Origin: Callorhinchus milii
Taxonomy: Eukaryota
NCBI RefSeq assembly: GCF_018977255.1
Contig: NW_024704746.1
Coordinates: 21,204,001 to 21,268,000 of the forward strand
Length of the DNA: 64,000 bases
Reading direction: 5' to 3'
Below the pieces are notes generated by a model. That model was not told the DNA's origin. It ran no database searches and saw only the letters and a program-made list of their open reading frames with translations. Shown here in pieces: positions 41,801-52,695 of this stretch. The translations under genes were made by a program, and so were the position numbers. Numbering within the stretch: position 1 is the first letter of the stretch; the number at the start of each line of letters is the position of its first letter.

Positions 41801-42546
41801 TTAAAATAACAAATCATACAATTTTAAAATCACGCAAAAAGGATATTCGAAGACCATAGTGTGTGCGACTTCAAGTGACTGCCAGTATTCATCGGGGACA
41901 AAGCTGGTCTGGACCAACATGCAGTTCAGTGTCCTGAAAGCCACCGTGAACACAACGAAATAAGCGTTCGCACCCATCCAACCTGGAGAAGAGGAACACA
42001 ACAACAAAGTCACCGGAGCAGCTGCACACAGTCGGGGGACGATAACAGGGAACACGCAATATTCTCCCTCGGATTTTTTTTTAAAAAACAACACACACCC
42101 CCCCCCCCCCCCACTCAGGCCATTTACAGCCACAAAGTCCCCTCCTCTCCAAAGTGCTTTCCCTCATCAACAGAGAGAGAGGGGAAAAAAAACAAAATCC
42201 CACATCTCCATTGGGGAGTAATTCAATGGTCGCCTGACATCTTACACCCCCACCGGGAGGGGTGTGGGGGGAGGGGGAGGGGTGTGGGGTGTGTGTGGGG
42301 GGGGTGTAAAAGCGACAGGAGAGCCAACACACTGCCACTGAGCTGAGACACAAAGCACAGAATAATAATAATAATAATAATAACCCCCCACACCCCACCC
42401 CACCCCACCCCCGGGTGTGTACCTGTGCTCTGCTCAGCGCTGGAGCGCTCTTTGCTGTAGAGCCGAGACTTCCTCTCCCGGAGCCTCACGGTTTGGGCCG
42501 CCGCTGACCGCCGGCGCCTGAACAGAGCGCCGCGGAGCCGATCCAT
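35850..42546 (-). CDS. PIGB: GPI mannosyltransferase 3, 12 exons, 531 aa (552 aa from the upstream in-frame ATG at 42609)
   Basis: Exons 42423-42546, 41847-41982, 41006-41123, 39994-40098, 39542-39672, 38608-38748, 38121-38172, 37511-37722, 37113-37177, 36742-36955, 36175-36355, 35850-35966, total 1596 nt in frame. Motifs [43 protein letters not shown]. Intron 2 is U12-type; intron 10 is GC-AG. Confidence 0.95.
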
Positions 42547-42826
42547 TCCCCCCCACAACCGCTCCCCTCCCGCTCGGTTTCTCCGCGACCGCCACGGGCG
42601 CGACGTCATCGCCCCGCGCGGGGGAGGAGGGGAGGGAGGGAGGAGGCGACGACGACGACAACGGCCGCACTCGGAAGACTTTCCGCGGCAAATAAACCGT
42701 CAAGAGAGCGGAGGGCGCGCGGAGAGGCCCCTCTCCCTCCCCCCCACTCCCCCGGTGAAAGGGAGGGAGGGAGGGGGGACGGACGGACAGGCTGCGCGGG
42801 CCGAGCTGGGCCCCGATGCGGCCGCT

Positions 42827-42860
<34 letters not shown>

Positions 42861-43300
42861 CGAGAGAGCGCGGCGCCGGTTGCCATGGCGACGGCCGTCC
42901 CCATTCCCCTCCCCTCCCCTCCCTCTGAAATGCAACAGGGCCGCCCCAGCGATTGGAACTCATCCGCCGCCTACCCTTCCTCATTCTCTCCCCAACCCCC
43001 CCCCACCCCCCTCCCCTCCGCGCCTCTCCCCGGCGGCCTCAGACTCCGCTTGTTGCCCTCTCACGGGAGGACGGATGGAGCGGGAGGGGGGAGGGGGCCG
43101 GAGACTACAAGTCCCGGCATGCTTCAGGCGGACGGACCGCGCGTGCGTACCGTGAGGGGGCCGCCTGGCGGGTGGGCGGGTGTAGCCGGGGGACCAATCA
43201 GGAGCGGCGGCTGCAGCGGCTGAGGTGCCCCGAGAGTCAACGTGTTTCATCACTGAGCGCACAGGTCGGTGAGTGTCGCGGCGCAGCGGGTAAGTGAGTG
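42400..43300. promoter_or_regulatory. Bidirectional CpG-island promoter shared by PIGB and the TMEM205-family gene
   Basis: Divergent genes. ZNF143/Staf-type ACTACAAGTCCCGGCATGC at 43104-43122, RFX X-box GTTGCCATGGCGAC at 42879-42892, CCAAT at 43194-43198, GC boxes. Confidence 0.72.
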
Positions 43301-43554
43301 AGTTGCAGAGATGATCAGCAGTCAGTCCGCAGTCCGCAACTTTGCATTTCCACCAACGCTGCTTTAATAATAATAATAATAATACATTGCCCACATGATC
43401 TCTACCCACTGAGAGCTAACAGTTGTATGTATGTATGTGTGTGTTTTGCTGACTCTCCAAATCTGTATCACTGGTCGGAAAAAGTTTTGCAAAAGTGACT
43501 CTCGACTCGACCAAAGTCAACATTTTTTTTACTCAAAAGGTTCATTTGCTTCTG

Positions 43555-44283
43555 CTTGTGTGTGGGTGTGGGGGGTGTAGGTGGTGTGGGGGGTGTAGGT
43601 GGTGTGGGGGTGTAGGTGGGGTTGGGGGGGGGTGTGGGGTGTAGGTGGTGGGGGGGGTGGGGGGTGTAGGTGGTGTGGGGGGTGTAGGTGGTGTGGGTGG
43701 TGGGGGGGTGTAGGTGGTGTGGGGTTGGGGGGGTGTGGGGGTGTAGGTGGTGTGGGGTTGGGGGGGGTGTGGGGGTGTAGGTGGTGGGGGGGGTGTAGGT
43801 GGGGTTGGGGGTGTAGGTGGGGTTGGGGGGGGGTGTGGGGGTGTAGGTGGGGTTGGGGGGGGGGTGTGGGGGTGTAGGTGGTGGGGGGGGGGGGGTGTAG
43901 GTGGTGGGGGGTGTAGGTGGTGTGGGGGTGTAGGTGGTGTGGGGGGGGGGGTGTGGGGGTGTAGGTGGTGGGGGGGTGTAGGTGGGGTTGGGGGGGTGTA
44001 GGTGGGGTTGGGGTGGGGGTGGGGGGTGTAGATGGGGTGGGGGGTGTAGATGGGGTGGGGGGGTGTGTGGGGGGGGTGTAGGTGGTGTAGGTGGTGGGGT
44101 GTGGTGTGGGGGTGTAGGTGGGGGGGGTGTGGGGGTGTAGGTGGGGTTGGGGGGGTGGGGGGTGTAGGTGGGGTTGGGGGGTGGGGTTGGGGGGTGGGGT
44201 GTGGGGGTGTAGATGGGGTGGGGTGTGGGGGGTGTAGATGGGGTGGGGTGGGGGGGGGGTGTAGATGGGGTGGTGGGGTGTTG
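43555..44283. repeat. G-rich low-complexity array (GGGGTGTAGGT-like)
   Basis: About 730 bp made almost only of G and T, with recurring GTGTAGGTG. Confidence 0.95.
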
Positions 44284-44760
44284 GGAAACCTGCAGTTATT
44301 TTACGATCGTTTTGAAAATCCTCGGAATTTGTTAGGAAATTGGGGAGAGGTTTCGTCTTTTTTTATATCGGAAAAACAACTAAAAGTGGAAATAATTTGG
44401 TGACCCCCCACTTTGGTGATGTGTTTAAATTGCAACGATTTGGTGCACTGAGCAATTCCTCGCCCCGGTCCTGGGGTCGTTAATGGTGATATACTGTGTG
44501 ACAAAGCGCACGTAGCAAAACCCGAGCGATTTACTTTAAAGAGACGGTTTTCGTGGTCAACGCTTCTTCACGTTGTTTTTTTGGGGGGAAAAAAAAGCAG
44601 AATACAAAGGGGGGTCTGAAACTTTGGATGATGCACCTTGAAAAGTTATGTCATGGCAAAAGTTGAGGCAAATTTGAGTGATTTGTTTCAGCTTCGTGCT
44701 GGATAACCCATGCGAATATTTTGCTGAGCTCAGAGATGAACTGGATTACAGCAACAACTT

Positions 44761-45083
44761 ATAATAATAATAATCCTTGCATTTGATATAGCGCTTTTCA
44801 CGTCGGGAGGACGTCCCAAAGCGCTTCACAGAACACACACTGTAAAGTGAATTGACTGTGTAGTTGTGGGCGAACGCGGCAGCCAATTGCGCACAGCGAT
44901 GTCCCACAAACAGTCATGGATTGAAAATGACCAATTTATTATTGTTTTTGGTTTTGGAGGGATTATTATTAGGCTCTGTGTGGAGTAAGGAAACTTGCCC
45001 AAGGTTTCACCCTCTGCCTGGAATTGAACTCAGGTCTCTCACTTGCAAAGCGAGTGCTCTAACCACTGAGCTACAGGACTCCA
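44761..45083 (-). mobile_element. tRNA-derived SINE, full length, with a shared 5' extension to 45260
   Basis: Reverse complement of 2090-2430; the similarity continues through 45084-45260 to match 1911-2089. Confidence 0.92.
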
Positions 45084-45912
45084 ATCTGCACTGAGATAAT
45101 ATGTACTGACTGTTGATTGAAACAATACTGGTCATATGGATACCCCTTCTGTGTTACTAACCAAGTCAGAGTGTAAACTAGGAACACCTGATTAAAGTTT
45201 AATTAATCAAGCAAGTTGTGCGTGTGAGGTTAAGACTCAATGATTTACTTGTGAGCTGTTCTTGTCCACTTGCACCTGTAATGGCTCGGAGCGCTTAACA
45301 GTAGAGGAGCCTAACTCAACAACAACAACAAAATTACATTTATAGAGCACCTTTCAAGTCGGGTGGACGTCCCAAGGTGCTGACTCGGATTAACATCATT
45401 AAATACAATTATTATCTCAAGGCCCTTCTGTAACTTGTGCTATTTGAACTCCCTTACACAATACGCCACGTGAAACTACACTGAAAACTGTTGGGGGGGA
45501 GAAAACATTGCATAGGAGATTTATTGACCCAGCCAGGCTGATTTTATTCATCACTTTGATGCTTGTCCTTTTTTTTTGATGTGCCTATCAATAGAAAAAT
45601 CTTGTATCTGAGAGAAACCTGTTGCGTATGTGCTTTTTAAATCCACACTCATTTGAATGGTTTGCTCTGTGTAAAGTGTTTTATGGGGAGAGCGAGATTT
45701 ATCTGAGAATTACTTTTTTTATTTCATGTTTTGTTCTGTATGCTTTGCTGATGCCAAACTAGATCCTCATCAAACCGTTATCTTGAGTCTGGTTTACATT
45801 TTCTGTCTCTACTCCCTGCTCTTTTATTTCCCACACTATATATGTCCCCGACTTAAACAGAATAATTTTCTGCAAGTTTTCCATCTTCCTTAGTTGTATG
45901 ATGACAATTGCC

Positions 45913-48277
45913 ATGCCAACCGATGAAGGACCCACAACTTTTGCCAAACTTCTTCACCTGATATTTCTGTCTACATTCTGGGGGATGCAGATATGGGTCA
46001 CATTTATTTCAGGTAAATATGAATGTAAATCTGTCTTCTTTGTTTCTGTAATTGAATTGAACTGTTAATATTTACAATTACAGGTTCAAAGTTTAAATTT
46101 GCCTACAATGGCCAAGCTCAACGTTCATAAATGTGCTGATAATAACTGAAGACAGTATAAGCCAACAGTTGGGAAATTGCTTACCAGTCTAGTTTGAGCA
46201 GTATTGACCCTTGTTTTTCAAGCACTGTAGGTGCTTCATTATACACTCCGATAGCTTCCCTACAATAGATGTTAGACTAACCAGCCTGTTGTTTGTGCGT
46301 GATCCTTTTTGTAAATTGGGATTTCATTCCTTCCTTTCCGATCCTGACACTACTCATGTTAACTTCTATTGCCAACCTCCCACAGTACCAAATTGTGATA
46401 TTTTCCATTGCAAAATATCTTCTCTCTCTCTCATCATGTTTGCCAGTTGTCTTGGACATGCCTGTTGCACAGGGGCAAGAATGCCTCAATTACATCTTGA
46501 TCCAAGCAATGTGATCCTGTGTTATGTTCATATTTAATTTACTCATTGACTTAATTTGAATTTAACAACAGGGGATACTCTAGGGCTGTGCTTAATGATT
46601 TATAATATACTCTTGTGAAAAAAACATTATGATGGCCATAATCTAATTTATAGAATTAAGCACTGGAGCACCCACAGAGCAAGTCTTTGCTGACTCAGAT
46701 CATTGCCTTTGAACAGCAGTGGCTTTGAATCCAGTCTGTTGATAGAATGTGTCAGTGAATCCCCTCCATTGCAGATGTTGGTGCTCCCAGCAATCTGCTT
46801 CAGGGGTACCTGATCTTCATGTATTTGTGGTCTTTTGTGATTATTTGTAGCATGGCTGTCAATATGTAGAGATGAGAGGAATGTTTATTGTGAATGAGCA
46901 ATCTGAATGAAACTACTTGTATATCTTGGTACATATTTGGTTGTGAGCAGAGAAAGGTAGATGTGTGATTTTTAAAAAAAAACAACTGCAGGCCTTGGGT
47001 TTTACATTGAGTATTAACAGTAATCGCTAATTGTTTCTCCTTCAGAGTTTGTCATGGGCAGTAACCTCTCCAGACATACATTTGGCTTCATTCGGAGCAA
47101 GCTCTTTCCTTACTATTTCCACTTGGGTTCAGCCTGCGCTTTCTTTAACCTGACCATCTTTGCAATATATCATCCAAGTGAGCTGCTAAATGAAGAGGAG
47201 ACCCTGCAGGTAACAAACAATGTCCCTGCCGGAAGGCAATTTGGTGTGGATAATAGCAATAGTGCCTCATATCAAGGATAACCTGGTGTCAGACTAGCTC
47301 AGTTGCCCACACTCTCGTCTGTTACTGTTAATGGCCAAAGACCAGAATTTTTTATTGGTATTATGTAGTTGTGTTTTTGAAGGTTCTGTGCCCACCTATC
47401 CATGTGTGTCTCTCCCAATCTAGTTCAGCTCTAAACTGAACCCAAGTGAATATGTAAGCATGCCTCAATGATGCCCCCACATTATTCCTTTATGACGGGT
47501 GGGGACATTAAGTATTATGGGGGGCAGGGGGGGTGCAAATTAATTTTTTTGTTTAGTGCTATTGCAAGTGTCATCCGTCCCCATGACATACAAGGAAGGG
47601 GAGTAACTCCCCGGGGGTCGAATTTGCTCGGAGGTGAAATCGGGCAAAACCAGCCAAGTCAGCTGTAACTGTTGACCAAGTTCTGTGGCTCATCAATTAG
47701 CAGCGACAACAGGAGCACTGGGGGTGGGGAGGGGGGCACACAGTTCCATAGAATGCTGTTTCACCTCTAACTACTGGTTTTGAAGTCTAATGTGACTTCA
47801 GATCATCCCAGTTTCTTGTAAGCACTTGTCCACAGTACAAAACCTTTTTGTTTTTTTAACTCTTTAGAGTATAGAAAGCTCTACCAAGCAACTGACAAAA
47901 ATTGTCACGCTTATAAGCATTAATATCTCTAACTTGGGACACATACCTTAAAATCTTTAATCTTTTTCCCGCAGATTGTAATTTTCTTCATCTGTGTGAC
48001 TGTCGCCGGGATCAATGCTCAGTGGTTTGGACAAATAACTTCCGAGGTCATGGCCGACATGCACGTGATTGAACAGAGCCGTGGGCTGGGTCACGATGTC
48101 GGCCTGTCCAGTAATAAGGAGGCGTATGGCCAGCTGAAGGAGACCAATACTAAATACAAGCATTTGGCACATAAACTTGACCTGTATCATAGGTTCTCCT
48201 CTCTCTGTAACCTGTGCTGCATTGTTTGCAATGGGATGAGTCTGTATTACATGGCAGCTAATTTGTCCACTTTGTGA
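45913..48277 (+). CDS. TMEM205: Transmembrane protein 205 family member (possibly a TMEM205-like paralog), 3 coding exons, 188 aa
   Basis: Coding exons 45913-46012, 47046-47209, 47975-48277, total 567 nt. Motifs HLIFLSTFWGMQIWVTF, RHTFG..SKLFPYYF, YHRFSSLCNL. Acceptor at 45893/45894. A probable non-coding first exon ends near 43264-43291 in the CpG island. Confidence 0.88.
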
Positions 48278-49729
48278 AATAGTCTGATTCAGATATTCCA
48301 AGGGCCTAAATCATCCAGGGAAGTTTTCTTACCTTCAGGAGTTTATCGTGTGCAAGACAGACATGTTCAAGTTGCAAACTATTTGCACCACATATTGTAA
48401 CGATGGACTATGGGTTCACTGTGATCTTTGGAATAATACTGTTTTGATGGGTATTAATACTGCAATCTGCAATATTTTTGTGATTAGAAAAGTTACTGTA
48501 TGTTCTAGGAAAAAGTATGCCCTGGTATACAGTCACATTTATAGAATGTGGATTGAACATGTACTCATTCTCTGTACTATACCCCTCCCCAAAACACTTT
48601 TTGGGAAGGTACAGTCTTTTACAATTGTAGAATAATTTCAGAAAAACATACCAATGACACATGACTGTAAATAGATACTAATACCTCATCCACTGTAAAG
48701 CAAACTCAGCTTACACAATTTGTAGACATTCTGCTTGACACCTGGTTAAGATAACTCACATACAAGCTCAGTCCACACACACAGGTCCTCATTGTTCGAC
48801 TATGCCATCGGCCACCCCCCTTCCCCTCCCCTCTCTTCCCCCTCCAACCCCAGCTCGGGTATGAAATGCTGTATTCTGTCCAGCGCCTTGGGACATCCTT
48901 CCGACATGAAAGGCGCTCTACAAATGTAATCTTGTTGTTGCAAAATCATAAACCAAAGTCAGCAAACATCAACAAACCCGGCTACCATTTCTACAGAATA
49001 GAAGCAGACAGAAGATCCCAAGAATGAGTGTTTGAATGGTCGACTTTTGTATCCCATATAATTGTATAAAATGTATATTATTAAATGTAACCTTAATGAT
49101 GGCAACCCATCCAATAAATGCAAAAAAAAACACAATTTGCATTTGTGGATATCTGACTTCTTGATGAATGATCAATTCACTTCTTATGTATTCAGTAATG
49201 TGTCCTGCACTATCCTGTTCGCTAAGAAAATACAGGTGGTGGAATGAGGTACTCTAAAGGGGTTCAAATAATATCTAGACAAGTTCCTCTAAATTAATCA
49301 TTCAGGGTTATTAAAAGAGAGAGACGTGTTGAAAAAATGTGGGGAAATTCAATAGGTAGCTAGACCGAGAGCATGAAAGTGTTACTGATGTGCCCTGGAT
49401 TCCTGCAAATTTTAGCTGTAATTCGAAATCTCATGTGGATCATTGCTAAAATTCTGTAAATTTTAAAGGATCAATGGATGTTTGTGCCAAGGNTTTTTTT
49501 GTAAATTCAAATTGGAATTTCAAATTCCTCCAGGATCACAGGAGTGCTGCAGAAATGAATGAGAATTTAGTAATATCCTCTCCAGTGAATACTTGCACAG
49601 TAGAAAATATTCACTAATTTGTGTACTAACTGGATCACTTTGGAAGTCCAGGCAACAGCTATTGTTCCCTTAGTTACTCACTCATATTAGCCGCAGCTGG
49701 CGAGAGTCCTTAAAGTGATTTAAGAGCCG

Positions 49730-49950
49730 AATAATAATAATAATCCTTGCATTTGATATAGTACTTTATCGCGTCTTCAAGATGGCTCAAAGCGCTTCAC
49801 AGAATATACTGTAAAGTGAATTGACTGTATATTTTGTGGGCGAAACGCGGCAGTCAATTGCGCACAGCAGCGTCCCACAAACAGTGGGGGATTTAGTGAA
49901 CAGTAACAAATTATTATTTGTTTTCTTTTGAGGGATTATTATCCCCGGAA
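49730..49950 (-). mobile_element. SINE 3' portion
   Basis: Reverse complement of the family tail and body. Confidence 0.8.
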
Positions 49951-52695
49951 AAACGATCCACCAATCGACTAACAACCATTCGAATGACAGGTCCAGATAC
50001 AATAACCAAATTCAAACACTTTGGAGACCAGCCTGAGCCTCTTGGGGATTCAGTGTGCCCTGATTCACAGAGAACAACTAGTTTGGGGAATTCAATGTTT
50101 AGTGATTAAACTGGGCACTGCAACAAGCCAACCAGATCCTCCCCTCACAGAAATGCAGGGTGTGATGAGAGTTAGTTGGATTTATCTTTTTGGGAGACTT
50201 TTTAAAAACTTGAAAATGCTGATTTTCACTTTTCTTTTGTACTCGCTATAATACACCCCGACACATTTAAGCAGAAAACAGAACTTTTTCTTTCCCGCAC
50301 AGTATAGGTCATTTTTTGGGGGGAGATTCAGGATGTTTGCAGTAAGCAGGGCGAACACTATGGAAATACCCAATGCGTTTTCATTGTTTTAACAAGTAAA
50401 TGAGGAATCAGCTGCCAGCACCACCAAACACAGTATCACACAACACTCACACTTCTTTTCAATTCACTCCTTCCCACCCCACCCCCACTTAACTTCAAAG
50501 TGTTAAACAGTAAGACTGTTTAAGACAGTAAGACACACAGGATTCCCAGGCAGGATCTAGTCCCAGACAGGATTAAATCCACTTAGAGAGATGGAGCAGT
50601 CACTCTTGTTTTTCCTGCTGGCCGTAACTGGGAAGCTGGAGTCAATTCAGCTTTTCTTAAATCTTGCCCATGACTCACCTCCGCCAAAGTTGTATACCTC
50701 TGTAATACCTGGGCAAATTTGTGTCTCTACCTTAGATACATCCAAAGCCTTTGTTTGACACCATGCAGTTCCAAACACGTTAGCATCTTCTGATCTTCCA
50801 GTTGTATTTGTTCTCTCTATCTGTGCTAGAGTTAATGGTTCACCATTGAAATACTTTCTTTCTCCATTATCTCAAGGGCTGCTGGTCTTTTTCAATTACC
50901 TTTTATGGTTCCATTTCATCTGTTGACATTTGTAGCTTCACAAACTCCTCTGCTCTCAAATTAAACTCCCATCTCTTCTGCTTCTATTCAAGATTTGGTT
51001 ACTGCTTGCATATCTGAGGAGTAGCTTCCACCTACCCTATTCATGGTTTGGATATAGGCAAACCCTCCAGTATAACAACTGATGCCTCTCCTATCCTGGC
51101 AGGCCATCAATCTCTCATTCTTTATTTAATCAGTTCAATTAAGGTCATAGTACCCTTGTTTCCATATGTACTTTGCTATAATCCACCCTCCCACCCATTC
51201 ACTGTCATTATCTTGAAATCAAGACTTGAGGTACAGTCTCCTTCTCTAATCTTGGTGGTGTCTTATTGTCCATCAACGTCTCAAAAAAACTCTATTTTGA
51301 ATTACATCAACTACCACAGAAATCCTGTTGGTTTTCCAGGTTCTCTGGAATTGAATTGAAGCTAATGTAAGTCAAATGGCTGAACACTAATCCAAAGTTT
51401 CATTTGGCTGCTCATGCCTTGTCTGCTAATCAGCCAATGCAGCAATCAGAGTATTTTCTTAACAACAACAACTTGGATTTATACAGCGCCCTCCACGCCG
51501 GACGGCATCTCAGAGCACTTTCTTAAATACATTTATAAAGTGTGAACCTTTGTGTGAAACTCAAATCAAGTCAGTAATGAGCAGTGGAGCATTTTCTATT
51601 ATTATTATTCTATTATTGGCATCAAGCACTCAGGTCATACATTTAGTCTAAATCTCTCACTGAACTGCTCTACAATGTGCCTTAAAGAGAAGTATTATTA
51701 TAGATTGCAGGAGGTTTCATTATAAACTATTCTATCTTTAGTCTGTGAAATAAACAAACAATTGACATTTTTTCCTAAAAGGCTGGGGAAAATCCCCATA
51801 ATACAGCATCATGCTCTCAGGAACTTAGTTGGCTTGTTGATCTAGCTCTCTCCATTGATGGAGATACCATACTAAATATCATAACCTTTCAGGACTGAAA
51901 ATACCCTCAAGAAGCTGTAAGGTATGATTCTCGCTGCTTTATTGTGATTTTCTCAGTGTAGGCAACATGCATGGAATTCTGCTTTGTTTGGATACTCTTT
52001 AGCTTGGTGATGAGTTTCAACATGTGTTAAGACAGCTCCAATCATTGATTAAGCATTTTAAAATAACAGCAACACTATATATTAAATAATAATTCTTGCA
52101 TTTGATATAGCGCCTTATCACATTGTTGAGACGTTTCAAAGCGCTTCACAGAATATATTATAAGGTGAATTGACTGTGTATTTTGTGGCCCAAATAAATA
52201 ACCCCCAAAAAACAAGCCCGCTTCATTAAATTACGCCCTTGTAACTCACCAGTAACTGTCAGCAGTAAATCAACATTAGTTAGTGATCCATTGCTTGTGC
52301 AATAACTCTTGCAACATGCTCAACCTTGAGTGAAAGTCAGAGGTGGAACAGAAAACATGGAAGCTTGGAATCTCCACATCAGGACAGCACTGACTCTGCT
52401 TCAAAATGTCAGTATAAATTTACTGTCACCCATATGGATCTTGGCGGAGTTATTCACACCCATTGTTACAAGAAACTGATTTTAAACCTTCTTGCAGTTA
52501 AACACATCAGGTTTTTTTCTTTATTGAAGTGTTTCACCTTTGACATCGTCTTTTTTCCCCTCCCCTTCTACGACGTTTCCATCTTCTCATACATTCATTA
52601 GCACGTGGCAAAATGTCCTCTTCCTCTGCTTGCTTGATGGTCGAAGAAAGCTCGTTCCAGTTGATGGCCACATCTATGGATGATTTTGAAACAGC

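Noticed and set aside
43599-44403. Gly/Trp/Cys-rich ORFs
   Set aside because: Translation of the G-rich low-complexity array.
47041-47050. Glu instead of the usual Gly at the TMEM205 exon junction (SEF versus SGF)
   Set aside because: A single substitution with frame and splice sites intact; it cannot be distinguished from neutral change or a base error.
49492-49492. Single ambiguous base n
   Set aside because: Assembly ambiguity in intergenic sequence with no biological signal.
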